From Harriotta raleighana (lineage: Eukaryota): DNA of 64,000 nucleotides. The first letter of the stretch is position 1. Each line of letters starts with the position of its first letter. Where the stretch lies: assembly GCA_050575255.1 (NCBI GenBank), contig JBNZDD010013198.1, forward strand, positions 7,137 through 71,136, read 5' to 3'. The notes below the pieces were generated by a model. That model did not search any database and was not told the DNA's origin. It was given only the letters and a program-made list of their open reading frames with translations. The position numbers and the translations under genes were made by a program. Of this stretch, positions 1 to 13,290 are shown piece by piece.

Positions 1-2329
1 GTTACAATGAGTTCGGAATTCCACTCTGTCATTCCATGCACACTGCTAACTTAGGTCATGCATCCAGCTCAAGAAACATGTTAAAAATATTACAGTTGAC
101 GCAGAATTTTGGATGAAAATTGCAAATTCAATCAGTATAATGTTTTTCATGTTGGGCCGATATCTCAAGCCTATAGTGATGATTATACTATGTTAGTTCA
201 AGTTGAGAGTGCAGAAACAACGGATTCCATTGTAGAAGATAACAAAAGGCACCTTCACGAGGGAAAATGGACAGAATGTATTCATATGTATCCAGAAAGA
301 AGTGATGGAATTGTAACAAAGTCATGGTACTCTGGTATTGAGATTCAGATGGTGGGAGAAGACAGATTCACTGCTTAATTACCCATCTTAGGGTGGGCAG
401 CATGGGGAAGGAGAGCAGCCTGGCGTCTGTAGGGCACAAACATTAAATTATGTATTTTAAATGAAATTCCGTTGCCTCAAATTAATCCGCTCTTCAAACC
501 CACAACATTCGATAGGCAAATGAACACAAAGTATCTCTTTTTACCCAGCACTAAGCAATTCCATCACCTATCCTCCCATGTCACATCAATCCTTTACTTC
601 AACTCTTAGGAGATAATAGATATTCTCGGATCCGAGATAAACTCCCAAGTTACCTCTGCGTCCATCTCCACTATTCCTGCACTTTCCCACCTGTACTGGT
701 GCACACTTTCAAGCCATATCTCCTTTATCTCTCCCCAAACCCACTGTCCACCCACTCTCATCTCCCGAATGAAAGGTTTGTGCAATCCTGCATTCAAATT
801 ATCTTTCCTTTCCTCTCAATTAGATGAGTTCTGAAGGCTTCTCCTCCTTGCTCTGAACAACCACTTGCAGTAACGGTTTGTTGCTTATTCTTCATCTAGA
901 ATAGCAGTCACACAGCAGTCGTCACTGTTCGGTTCACACAAAAGTAACCACTGCGTCCAGCTTCCTAATTTTCCCCAAATACTCAGCTCTACCATCGGTT
1001 GCTGTGCTTTCAGCTACTATATCCCAAATATTTTGGAAGTCCCTCCCTCAACCCTTTTGGATCACCCACTTTGCACATTGTCAGCTCGTGCTTGAGGCCG
1101 TTCTCTGTGACTGCACTCAGTTGCATTCTCCCACTCACCCTCAGACTTTGCTAATGTGAACCTATCACATGGAGGGCATGACATGAAGGTTGTTTTTGGC
1201 TTCATCTTTCTCTACATACCTCCTTTGATAGATTGGAAAGCAATTGCATGTAGAAAATACAGAACACAGAGAGGTAATGAAACTAGTGAACCCTCCCAAA
1301 TGTTTGTCAATTTCAAGTGTTGTGAAATGGCTAGTGAATATTTATTTTTATATTGTATAGTGATAATATTGGGTGAAAATGTTTAATGGTGGATTATAAA
1401 ACACTATCAAAATTGTTTTATCATTGTTTTAAGAATTACTAATTTGGGACTCTAACGATAAATGATATATATATATATTTATGCAAGTTATCGTTCTGTT
1501 AAAAAAAAAAATGTTTTATTCAGAACAGATTGTAAAAGCAACTATTAATTTTATTGACCTGTGTTATGTCACCTTAACTCTACAGTGCTCTCTGCTCTAT
1601 CTGGAGTTCTGCAGGACATTGTGAAGAGCGTTTGCTTCNGTTTTATTCAGAACAGATTGTAAAAGCAACTATTAATTTTATTGAACTGTGTTATGTCACC
1701 TCAACTCTACAGTGTTCTCTGCTCTATCTGGAGTTCTGCAGGACATTGTGAAGAGCGTTTGCTTCCAAGCGAGAGATCTAGGTTTAGAAATATTAGCAAA
1801 TTTTGAAAAATCCTTTAATACATTCATCTTTGTTTAAATAACAATACAACTTCAGACGATTCTTAGTTGATTGGCAGTTTGCTATTCTGGGTGAAATAAT
1901 TCCTTCAAAAATCATAATAATAAATTGTTCACTTCAATCAACTATTGTTCTTGGAAGCTGCTGTGCATAATTGACTGCCGGGTTAGCAAAACTACTTTAC
2001 TATAGATTCTGAGGATTGTTTTGAGAGAATCTGATAAAGATGTGATAAAGCGCATCTTTTGAATAATTCACCAAAGGAAGAATTATTATTACATATGTTG
2101 CTTGCAAACTATATTTTATACAATCTTAGACAAAATTATGCAAAAACGAATAAGGCATATTTATACAGAAGTTTTCATAGGCAGGATTAGGTGGTGGGAG
2201 TGTGTGCGATTCAGCAAATATGGACGGCAGGGAAGTTAGCGACAGGATGGTGGACGAGGACATGGTCAAAATAATAGAAAGATATAACAGATAAAATGTT
2301 CACCCAGAAGAATGTGGTCATTGTGGAGT

Positions 2330-2615
2330 GCTGTATATCAACTGTTAGAGCATTTGTCTGACAAATGAGAGAACTGGATTGAATTCAAGGCAGAGTGAAA
2401 TATTTCACCTAATAAACCCTCAAAAGTAAACAATTACAAATTGGTCACTTCCATCCACGACTCTTTGTGGGACACAGCTGTGTACATTTGGAAGCTGCGT
2501 TTTGGCCACACATTAATTTATTGTACAATTAATTCACTTTGCAGTGAAGCATTTTGATATGTATAGAAGGTGCAAAAAGTGCTATATCTAATGCAAGGAT
2601 TATTAGTATTAATAT
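2330..2615 (+). mobile_element. Same SINE family, old copy
   Basis: Degenerate head, core and ATGCAAGGATTATT tail. Confidence 0.65.
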
Positions 2616-2902
2616 TACTAAAGAGACAGAGAATTATCCTAAAAGTGACTCCAAGAGATTTGCAAATTGAAAGTTATAGCGACATTCAATTGGCTTAGGA
2701 AATTTTCCACCTACCTTGGTTTCCCACCTGCGGTTAATTTTGTATCTTGCATCCTCGTTTTCCTGAACATCTCCTTTTAAACCGTCTTTATTTGTCCCTA
2801 CACATTGGCATACACCTCCTTGCTTATTTAAGTTTCACACACAAACACATTCCATCTTCTGGGAAAGTGTAGTTCATATCAATCGTTTATGCACTTTCCT
2901 TA

Positions 2903-3160
2903 TAATAATAATCCTTGCATTTGATATAGCGCTTTTCACATCTTATCGACGTCCCAAAGCGCTTCACAGAATATACTGTAAAGTGAATTGACTGTATATT
3001 TCTGGGCACAATGCGGCAGCCAATTGCACACAGCAGCGTCGCACAAACAGTCATGGATTGAAATGACCAATTTTATTATTGTTGTATTTCTGGAGGGATT
3101 ATTATTAGGCATGTGGAGTAAGGAAACTTGCCCAAGGTTTCGCCCTGATCTGCCGGGATT
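2903..3160 (-). mobile_element. tRNA-derived SINE with Deu-like core and L2-type tail (young copy)
   Basis: Core GTTTGTGCGACGCTGCTGTGTGCAATTGGCTGCCGC and tail GTGAAAAGCGCTATATCAAATGCAAGG(ATT)n. Nearly identical to 62810-63060. Confidence 0.85.
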
Positions 3161-3199
3161 NCTCTATTAATAGCTAGGTCTCGGTCATTTCATTTATTT

Positions 3200-3905
3200 T
3201 ACAGTAATTACCTTTTCACTATTGTGTCAACTGAAAATAATTTGCAGTCGCTGTTTGCTAACGCTTCGTTCCTCTCATCTGCCTTTCTCCCCCTTTCATA
3301 GCCATCATTGTCAGGAGGGAACCATCCTGTTCCCTGGTCACATTGTATCAACAGCTTCCCTTGTTCCCCCTCGCAAGACCTTGGTACCAGTCCATTATCG
3401 TGGTCCTATTATTCCTACATCTCTCATTGTATTTTACAGAAACCTTTCTTTATTTAGAATTGGGCATTACACACAATAGATCCAAGTACTTCTCCAAGCT
3501 CCATGACAACCATGTCCCCCATTCTTCCCCGGCTCCATTGTCTTCCTATCACCCAGAAGATTCAATTCAAGGTCCTGGTCCGCATCTTCAAAGTCTTCCA
3601 CAGTTTTGCCCCACATCAGTGATCTAACAACCTGCCTATCCCCTCCATTAGCGAGCTCCATTAGCTACTCTGCCGCAAATCCCTGGAATTCCATCCCATA
3701 CACTCTCTAACCTCCCCCAAGTCCTGCCTCAAAACCCTTATCTTCGACGGTCCCATCCATCATCCCAGATACCCACCTTCCCTCGACACTCCCCAATCAC
3801 GATCCGAACACATGTCCGAAACATTGACTTTCCAGTGCCATCACATTTCCTCCTAATGTGAAAACTGCTATATAAGTGGAAATTTGTTGCTGTTGTTGTT
3901 GCTGG
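3200..3905 (+). mobile_element. L2 LINE 3' fragment
   Basis: C/T-rich remnant of the RT C-terminus ending GCTATATAAGTGGAAATTTG(TTG)n. Confidence 0.6.
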
Positions 3906-4349
3906 ATGGACACACTGCAAGGATTGTACATCTTTCAGAGATTTGGTGTCCAAATTCAAACCAATCTTCAAAGGACGTCTGTGCAACAACAACAAAAATT
4001 TGCATTGATATAGCACCCTCCATTCTGGACGGCATCTCTGGATATACCTGGACAAACAGCTCCATTCTCTTTCACACACAAACACAGACAATCACTTCCT
4101 TTTCAGTATATTCTGTGAAACACTTTGAGACATCCCAACGATGTGATACTTCGCTATGATGATTCCATGGATTGCTACCAGCCTTCCAGAACTCTAGAAG
4201 TCAAGTTCAACTTCCCGATTTTCTTAATATTTTCTGCCTGATTGTCAACGTTTTTACCAATTATGCTGTGAGAGGGAACAATTTTTCTTTATTTAACAAG
4301 AACATAAACAAGTTAGATTTTTGTAGCATTTTTGATGTCAGGTGGAAGT

Positions 4350-5242
4350 CTAACAAAGTTTAAATATCATTTTAAACGGATATAATAGCAGATTTTTCAC
4401 TTCCTCTCTGAATTTAGATTGCGTCACAGCATAAATGACAGTGTTCGTGCAGCAACTCAACAGCTGAAGCATGTCTGTCACCTGTAGGACAACATACACT
4501 GGATCTTTGTAATTTGTGTAGAAGAAACTGTCTAATGTCCGTGAAAGTATGAATTCTATAACATACATCAGCCAAAGCAGTATGAAGCTGCCTGATATGG
4601 TGAAGAGTAGAATGATGGATTTTTTTCGATTCGCCATCTCTGCATCATTGCTGTTGTTACCTTTCTGTAAGAGACTTCTGCGGATTTTATTGGCAACTAA
4701 AATATACCTGACCGTCAGCATGTTCATCAGCAAAATCATAAAGAATGGGACGAAAGGGGTTATTATTGTATCAAACCAGTGAAACGCAATCCATATAGGA
4801 GTGATGAAGTAATCCGGTTGCTTGTGGGAAAACGAAGGCACATTGTGATGTATCTCAATTGGCTCAATGATAAAATACCAGGGAATGCTGATGAAACAGC
4901 TCAGGGAAGAAATCACTCCTATAATCATGGTTGCTGTTGTCTCAGTACAATATTTTCTTTTCAGTTTCGGCCAGCAGATAGCGACCAGGCGGTCAAATGT
5001 AAAAGCCACTGTGAACCAGACGGAAACGTGTGTCACAGCTGAAATAAACACTAATCTGAGTGAACACATGGACGTGATTATCATAATTAGGTCAGGAAAA
5101 TAAAGGGAATGAACTTGGTCAAATACCACATCGACGATGGCGACCAGAAAATCGGCCACTGCCATGGCTACGAGGTAGCGGCTTGTGCATTTTGAGAGAT
5201 CACACTTCCCCCGGCAAAGGATCACTATGACCAACAGGTTTG
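4350..5242 (-). CDS. GPR139/GPR142-like GPCR gene A, exon 2 (end of TM1 to C-terminus; spliced product 330 aa)
   Basis: Pyrimidine tract ending TTTTACAG, then phase-1 (G)CA AAC CTG TTG. The 294-aa ORF has YLVAMAVAD, FTFDRLVAICWP, hydrophobic helices and CTNTVIY. Confidence 0.92.
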
Positions 5243-5867
5243 CTGTAAAATATAGGAAGAATAAAAAAAAGAATATTTATGTGTGAAATGTGCTGCTGTA
5301 TTGCATTTTAGTCAAAAAGCTTTTACATTATCTAGTTGAGAGAGACGTGGCTATGTGTTAGCACTCTGGGCTCTGTGTCAGAAGGTTCAAACCATCCATG
5401 CGGCAGTATAACAACCGCAACAACTTTTATTTATATAGATGCGTGGCGTCTCAGAGCGATTCAAATAACGGATCCCTGAACCGAGAGACGAAGAAGGGGA
5501 ATAGTTGACCAAAAGTGCAGTCAACAAGAAAATTCTTTACGGTCGACCTTAACAAGGGATCAGAGAGGGCAAGGTGAAGTTTGTTTGGAAGGGAGTTCCA
5601 GAGCCTCAGGGCACAGGGGGTGAAGGCATGGCTGCCGATGGTGGAACTGAGGATTCGGGGGAGAAGGAGGAGGCCAGTCCCAGCAGAGCAAATTCAATGT
5701 ATAGTGTTTTTTAGGAGAGAGGAGGTCGGAGATGTAGGGGATGCAGAGGGGAGGAGGGATTTGAAAGTACATATATTCAAATACATTTAATGACACACTC
5801 TAATAAATCACTCCACCATATCGCTGGTGGGACAAAGAGCTGCATTATCAGATACTCTGTTCTTTGG

Positions 5868-6215
5868 ATAATAATAATAATCATTGTATTTGATATAGCG
5901 ACTTTTCAAACCAGCTCAAGGGACTTCACAATATACAATGTGAATTGGATTTACTGTATAGTTTGTGGGCAAAATGTGACAATAAATTTTGCACTGCACT
6001 TTCCCATGAAGATGTTTCGATTTAAATCACAATTTAAAAAAAAATGGATTATTACCCCAAGAAAAGTGATTCATTGATCAATTAATTTCTCATTAAACAG
6101 AGGCATGTGGAGTAAGAAAACGTACCCAAAATTTTCCCCAAAATTTCGAGCCAGTAATAGTTTTCGGATCTTTTACTTGTGAGGTGAATGCTCTAACAAC
6201 TGAGCCACAGGATTC
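5868..6215 (-). mobile_element. Same SINE family
   Basis: (ATA)n tail, core and tRNA-like head; lies in the gene A intron. Confidence 0.75.
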
Positions 6216-7007
6216 AAACTAATACTCAGATTACCAAGCTATGGGAAAAATATTATCACTGAACCAGAGATAAGCAAAACCTGAGTTACGGCTCCAATCA
6301 CCAATCTGAAGAAAATATGCTAAATTTTTATTCCCTGCTTGGATGGATATAAGAGATCTCCTTTGGTGCTGTTAGAAACGAGAAAGAACTTTCTCCAAGA
6401 GATTTGCCAAAAATCTACCAAATAATATGCGTCACTTCATCCGCTATGCACAAATAGATACCGTACTTCGCTCAAATCAAATATTGAGACTCAATTTTAC
6501 AGTGTAGCGAACTACTGCTTTTGTCATATCAATGACGTGAATGTTACGATTTGAAATATAATTTTTTGGGGGAATACAGTAAGATACAACACAAAGCAAT
6601 TATTTGATTGAATGCAAAGGATAGTAGAGAAAACTATTTATTGTCTTTTTAAGAGTCATGCTACCATCAGTTAGTAATTTAGGGAAGCAAATTATTTGCT
6701 ATATAATTTCAAGGTTGTTGATTATATTTAATTTAATATGTACGCTGCTACAGATAAGACCCTGATGCACATCGCTGCTTCTGTTTATTTTAGATGATGT
6801 TGAAGAATCCACGCTAATGTAGTGACAAACTACACAATACTTCCAAAATAAATCACAAAAATATCACCAAAGGTCAATGGATTCCATGGGTGAAATGCAG
6901 CTTCGAAACGAAACTGAAATCCACTGAATATATCTGATTAGATATTGTATATATTGATAGGAAAGCTATAGATAATACCCTGTCAATCTAGCTAATAATA
7001 GTTCTGT

Positions 7008-7290
7008 AATAATAATAGTGTTTGCATTTGATATAGTCGTTTCACAACATCTAGATATTTCAAAGTATATATTGTAAAGTAAATTGAATCTGTATTTCTG
7101 CGTAATACGGGGCAGCCAAATGAGCACAGTAGTTTCCCACAGATGTGTATTAAAATGACCAATTCATTTTTGAGAGTTGATTATTAGGCGTGTGGAGCAA
7201 CAAAATTTGCCCAAGGTGTCTCCCTGCCTGGAATCGAACCCAGAATTCTCGCTTGTTGAGCAAGTGCTCTAACCCCTGAGCTACAGACCT
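7008..7290 (-). mobile_element. Same SINE family
   Basis: Tail, core and head with B box GGTTCGATTCC. Confidence 0.75.
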
Positions 7291-8349
7291 CTACCTGTTG
7301 TACATTTTGGAAAACGCTGTGGTATTTAATGCGTTTCTTAATGGAAAATTTAAAACTGTTTCAAAACAATTGACATGAAGCATTCAGCATTCAAATCTCA
7401 ACTATTTCGCGATTCTCCAATGTCCCCAGCTCACCAGTTCCTCTATTTACAATATCCAACAGATTCAACACGTTTTCAAAATGTCCTCACTTCCAGCAAA
7501 TACAGATTTTCATTCCTCCAGCCCTCGCAAGATTCCCATTCCAACTTGTCACAGAATACATCAATCTAAAAATCCTCAAAGTTAACTACAAACCATTTCC
7601 TGCGCTGGTAGCTCTCTACCTATCAATCAGTTCACAGACCTGGCTCCTTCAGCCGACCCCTCACTAAATTAGCACAAACTTTCTGCAATTTCCTCAGTCT
7701 CCCTCCTCCGTCATCCACAGCCACAATTACAGATAATAAACCTGAAACTTGGGAGCCTCAGTGCCTTCAATTTCCAACATGTTGAATCATCTTCAGGTCA
7801 GAATTGAAGATATTCCTCTTGGACTATGCAATGGTAATGCAGATTAGTCCACCCAACACTCAACATTGGTGTACCCTGGTTCAGCAATAATGTCTCAACT
7901 CTTTTTCAAAGAGGTGTGGGTTCGAGCTGAGTGTCGGGTGCTTGGAATCAGGTTCTCTGAGATAACGCTCCAGGAAGGTGTTTATGGTGTGTTTTATATG
8001 ACATGCCCTCAAATAAATAACACGTTAAATCACGTGTTGAGGTGGTCATTAAAGATTATAGAGAAAGATTCAAATGCAGTAGCATCCTGGAATGCTAAGG
8101 ACAGAGTCTGACAATGAGCCAATCGAAAAGGGTGGGAGAAGCAAACATGATCAGAATCAACAATTTATATTCCACCTGGAAATGGACCAAGGCATAGAAA
8201 CGGGTTACTGTACTTATATTATAGTACGAATCGATGAACGCAGCCAGTGTGCTGTAAGTGGGAAATAATTAATCTGATCACAGATCGGATGTATGCACGA
8301 AACGAAAGCTGTGGATTAAACCTGTCACCTAAGTAACGTAAGATACTGA

Positions 8350-8645
8350 GTCCTGTTGCACGGTCGTTAGAACACTCGCCTTACAAGCGAGAGACCAGGG
8401 TTCAATTCCAGGCAGGGCAAAACTGTGGGCAGGTTTCCTTATTCCACTGATAAGAAACCCTCCAATTTTTTTTGAATTGGACATTTCAATCCATGACTGT
8501 ATGTGGGACATTACTGTTTACGTTTGGCTTCTGCATTTCTCTCACGTATATACAGTAAATTCATTTTACAGTGTACTACGTGAAGCAATTTAAGATGTCT
8601 AAAAAATGTGGATCGAGCTGGCAAAATGCAAGGACAATTATTATT
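8350..8645 (+). mobile_element. Same SINE family, full length
   Basis: Head with A box and B box (GGTTCAATTCC), core and tail. Confidence 0.8.
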
Positions 8646-8940
8646 TGTAGTATTCATAAATTGTATATGGATTCGGTGAATCTGAGGGAGAGCCCGAATA
8701 GCCTGAAGAGTTCAAACCATAGGACAGAATACGTTGATGCGAGCGAAATAATTTAGATTTATCTTGCCATCATTAATCCGCTGGAAGTTTGCCTTCATCC
8801 AGATCTTGATGTCCCTCAAAAAACTGACAGGACATCAGCGGACTGGGAGTCCCAGCAAGAGGAGGATAAATAGATGTAGGTATCATGTACATAGAGGTTA
8901 TATTATATCATTGAATTAATAGATGGCTTTAAATAATTAC

Positions 8941-9040
8941 CTGTAATCCCAACCGTTGCCAGAAGTGGATAATAGATTAACAGTGTCTGAAAAATGATTG
9001 GCAAAAGGTGCAGAGGATAATCGCCAAAATCCCGCAACAT
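8941..9040 (-). CDS. GPR139/GPR142-like GPCR gene A, exon 1 (MLRDFGDYPLHLLPIIFQTLLIYYPLLATVGIT)
   Basis: ATG at 9040-9038, then 33 codons plus 1 nt and a GTAATT donor (phase 1). The IYYPLLATVGI motif matches IYYPILAVIGVP in exon 1 of gene B. Not in the ORF track. Confidence 0.85.
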
Positions 9041-9104
9041 TGTCTATCAAGAATGAAAAGACTGTCTGCAAACCGCACCTTAGACTGAAACTCAAATGTG
9101 TCAG

Positions 9105-9112
9105 TTTTTATA
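9105..9112 (-). promoter_or_regulatory. Candidate TATA box of gene A
   Basis: TATAAAAA on the minus strand about 65 nt upstream of the ATG. A perfect CRE palindrome TGACGTCA lies further upstream at 9348-9355. Confidence 0.35.
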
Positions 9113-11049
9113 TGATAGAGTTGCCTCCACTGAGAATAGGTTATATTTAGAAATGCCTGCAATTAACACCAGTGATTAATATCCTGTACCAACTGCTGAC
9201 TCAATCCCAAGAGGTCTGAGTGTGCTTTAACGTGACGTGTTCAATGACAGAAAGTTTTATTGAAATCAAATGTCTGTTTAGGTTTGATTGTGTCTGATTC
9301 TAAATCGGAGAGGTAACAGATTGGCATAAGTGACTGTGTTTGTGGTTTGACGTCATCGATAGTGACTGGGGAGAACAGCCAACATAACGGCCCTGATAAC
9401 AAGAATTGTTCTTACCTAGTGAAAGGATATAAGCATTGGCCAGAAAAGCAGCAGATAGATAGGCAGTAGAGCCCTACAATGTGGTCAGCAGAATGAAAAG
9501 GAACAGAATTATCAATGTTATATTTGTCAGAATGCTTTTCACAATGTGTAGACATATCAAAACTCATCATATGATAAAGCGAAGTGACAGATTATTATGT
9601 GGCCTGTAGGAATAACACTAATAATGCTTGCATTTGACAAAGTGCTTTTTCAGACATTTCAAAATAGCAATTTGCTGTAAACAGTTATGAAGTGAGTCAT
9701 GCTGGAAGCAAAATTTCAGGAAGTGATTCACACTGTGCTGGTCGGAGTGGTCTAGTTCCTCATCCAGGGAGGGCAACGGGGCTTCTGATATCAGAATCGA
9801 TCAGCCTACATTATTAGCACCTGTTATTCGGATAAACTTTCTCCTTGTCTTGTGACTCCTTTTAATCAGTGACTCAAAGACGTATGCTTTGGGCTTTACA
9901 ATAACAAGGATTATTTTCATTGAGCGCCTTTCATATCGGGAGGAAGTCCCAGGGCGATGACATGCCAGGTCACGACCCGAGCAAGGGAAAGGGGCAGTGT
10001 AGGATGGAGTGGCATGAGACAGCTGGCAGGGGAGGAGGAGAGTTGGGAGAGCAGCAGAAGCCAATTTCGAAGATGTGGGTCTTCAGATTGGCCTTGAAAG
10101 AGGCAACGGAGGGACCCAGCTGAAGGGAAGGTGGGATGGAGTTCCAGAGAGGCTGAAATTCCGTTCTCTATAGGACAGGTCAGGTTCGGGACATGCAGCT
10201 CCCTGGACAGTTGGGGTGGGGAGGTTCACAGGTGAAAGTACGTCGTAGAAGGGGGCGGTAGGGGGTTGATGGCCATGAATGGCTTTGAAGACGATGACAA
10301 TGACTTTACAGCAATGAGAGTGAGGTGCTGGCTTCCAATAAATTGTTATCAATGCAAAACTTAGAGTGTTTACTGGTAAAGTTGCAGCCAATCTAAATCA
10401 AACAGAATATTTTGGTTCATCTGGACTGCTACGAAGACATCTGCAGGTTGGTCAGTCCGATGGCCAAACTGACAACATGAATGCCACGATCAAATAGTTA
10501 AAAAATATATCTTAACGGATTATATGTATAGCACATGTAGTGATAATATGTCAAAAAAAACTATAATATTTGGTCATTTCAATCCACGTATTTATCACAC
10601 TGCTGTGCACAGTTGGCCACCATATTTCAACTACAAATATACAGTGAATTCACTTTCCAATATATTCCGTAAAGCGCTTTGAGGCATCAATAAAATGTGA
10701 AAAGCAATATATTAAATGCATGGATTATTATTAAATATCTTGATATCAGTTGATGTAAATATGAACAGACTTCCAGTTACAACCTAAGAGATGAACTGCA
10801 CAAATGTGTCTTCCTCAGTAATATTTGTAAAAAAAATTCTCTTTCTATAAAACCCTAAACAATAACAGCTTTCCCATACACTGTGGACACCCAATAGTGG
10901 GAAGGATATACTAGTTAGATATATCAATTGCTGAGGTACAGGCAGCTCCCAAGTACATGTCATTTTCTGCTCCTTGCAAGATGATGCCAATCAGCATATG
11001 TTTGCTACCATGAACGTTTTTGCTTACATTAGTATTATCACTTCAAATT

Positions 11050-12640
11050 ACATAAGAATATAAGAGTAGCAATAGGTCATTCAGCCACTCGAGTCTGCCC
11101 CGCCTTTTAATAAGATCATAGCTGATCGTCCCACCTAATTCCATTTATCCGCCCTATCTCCAAATCCCATAATCCCTTCATCATTTAGAAAACTAACAAT
11201 CTCAGTCTTAATTATGCTCAAGGACTGACCATCCAATTTTACTGGGTTAGAGAATTCCATAAATTGACTCTCCTCTTATTGAAGAAATAGTTCCACAACT
11301 ATATTCAAAAAAGGCTGATCCTTAATCTTGAGACTATGGCCCGCAATGTTATTTTCTCCAACCAGGGGAAACAGTCTCTCACTGCCTCTCTCTGTCAAGC
11401 ACCAAAATAAAATAACAGGTTTCTGTAAAATCATCTGTAATTCTTCTTCATTCTAGAGAATATAGGCCTAGATTGCTCAATCTCTCCTCACTACTCACAC
11501 CCTCCTGCCAGGAATTTACCTAGTAAATCTGTACTGTACCTGCGCTAAAGTGAGCATGTCCTTTCTTAAATCAGAAGACCAAAACAATATTCCGGGTGCG
11601 GTCACAAAATTGACCTATATAATTGCAGCAATACTTCCCTATTCTTGTACTCTAACACTTTTGCAATGAATCACAAAATGCCATTAGCTTTCATATTTGC
11701 ATGCTGTAGCTGAATATTAACTCTTTGGTATTCGAGTGTATGATCTCCCAAATCCCGCTGAACACTACCTAGTCTCTACTTCTCCAGAAATGATCTGATT
11801 TCCTTTACAACTACCTAAGTAATTATATTCAAACTTCCCCACATTATAATACATCTGCCACTTTCATGCTCACTGACCTAGTATCTCTATATGACTTTGC
11901 ATCCTTATTCTGTCATCCTCACAGCTTACTTTCCCACCCAGCTTTTTATCATTTATGAATTTAGGTGTACTACGCTCTATTTCCCATCAAAATCATTGAT
12001 ATAGACTGCAAATAGTTGAGCGCACGCATTGATCCTTGTGGCACTAAACTATTCATATCCTGCCAATCAGCCCTTTCACAGATGTCAGACTAACTGGTCT
12101 ATATTATTCCATGTTTTCCTTCCCACCTTTCTTAAATAGCAATGTTATGTTTGTGACCATCGAATCAATGGTAACCATTCCAGAATCCAAGGAACTTTGG
12201 AACATCAGAAACAAAGTGTCTACTGCAGCCACCTCTTTTAAAACCATAGGATGCAGATCATTAAGTCCAGGGGGTTCATTAATGTTTAATCCAATTTATT
12301 TCATTACTACTATTGCTTTACTGATGGCGATTTCTACAAATTACTCACTATCATCAGCATCTTGGTGCCCCTATATTTTCGGTAAATTTTCAGTTTCTTG
12401 CAGCGTAATGATAGAAGCCCAATATTTTACTGAGTCTGTTCAAATTGTTTAAGCATTATAATTTCCCCAGGCTCTGCCTGGAATGGACCCACATTACTTC
12501 TGATAGTCACCTCCTCTTTATGTACTTGTAAAAACGCTTCCAACTTGTCTTTTTTTTCCAGTATACTTTACACTAATATTCAATTTTCTCCTTCTTGAAC
12601 AGTTTCTTGCTTTCTTTTTCTGCTGATCTCTAAAGACCAC
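11050..12640 (-). mobile_element. CR1-type LINE fragment
   Basis: CR1 3' UTR with (CTTATG)-like tail at about 11050-11130 and decayed ORF2. Confidence 0.75.
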
Positions 12641-12654
12641 CCAATCCTCAGGAT

Positions 12655-13290
12655 TACCAACAACAAAATAATGCTTGTATAGCACCTTTCACGTCAGAAT
12701 GACGTGCCAAGGTGCTGGACAGATAGTGCTTCAGACCCGATCTCATGACAGGGGATGGGGAGAGATGTGGGGATTCGTAGATGCTGATGGGTCCATGGAA
12801 GAGGAGAGATTTGAGGCTGGGCATGAAAGAGGCCACAGAAAGGGCAAGGTGGACGGAATATGGGATGGAATTCCAGAGTTTAGGGGCAGAGTAGCTGAAG
12901 GCTCACCTGCCAATGGTGGGGTGGATGGGTCGGAGGACGTGAAGCAGGCCAAACCCTGCTGAGAGGAGGGAGCGGGAGGGTTTATAATGAGACAGCATGT
13001 CACAGATGTAGGGTGGGATGAGGTTGTAGAAGGCTTTAAATGTGAGATCCAGTATCTTAAATTGGATCCTTCTTATAATGGGGAGACATTAAAGTTGGTT
13101 GAGGATGGGGGAGATGGGATCTCAGAATTTTGATCGGGATACGAGATAGGCCACAGAATTTTGGATTATTTGCAACCTGTGGAGGGAGGAATTGGGAAGG
13201 CCGACAAGCAAGTTATTTGCCTAGCGAAACTGGGATATAATGAAGGCGAATGCGACAGTAATAGTGGAGATGCTTTCTTTAGAATGAGTA
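12655..13290 (-). mobile_element. L2 LINE 3' fragment
   Basis: Reverse tail CAACAACAA...TGTATAGCACCTTTCACGTC and a G-rich body. Confidence 0.7.

Noticed and set aside
6240-7000. Protein-like translations in the gene A intron
   Set aside because: Stops are too frequent to distinguish from random AT-rich sequence by eye.
8350-8420. tRNA-like sequences at SINE starts
   Set aside because: They continue into the SINE core and tail, so they are SINE heads rather than tRNA genes.
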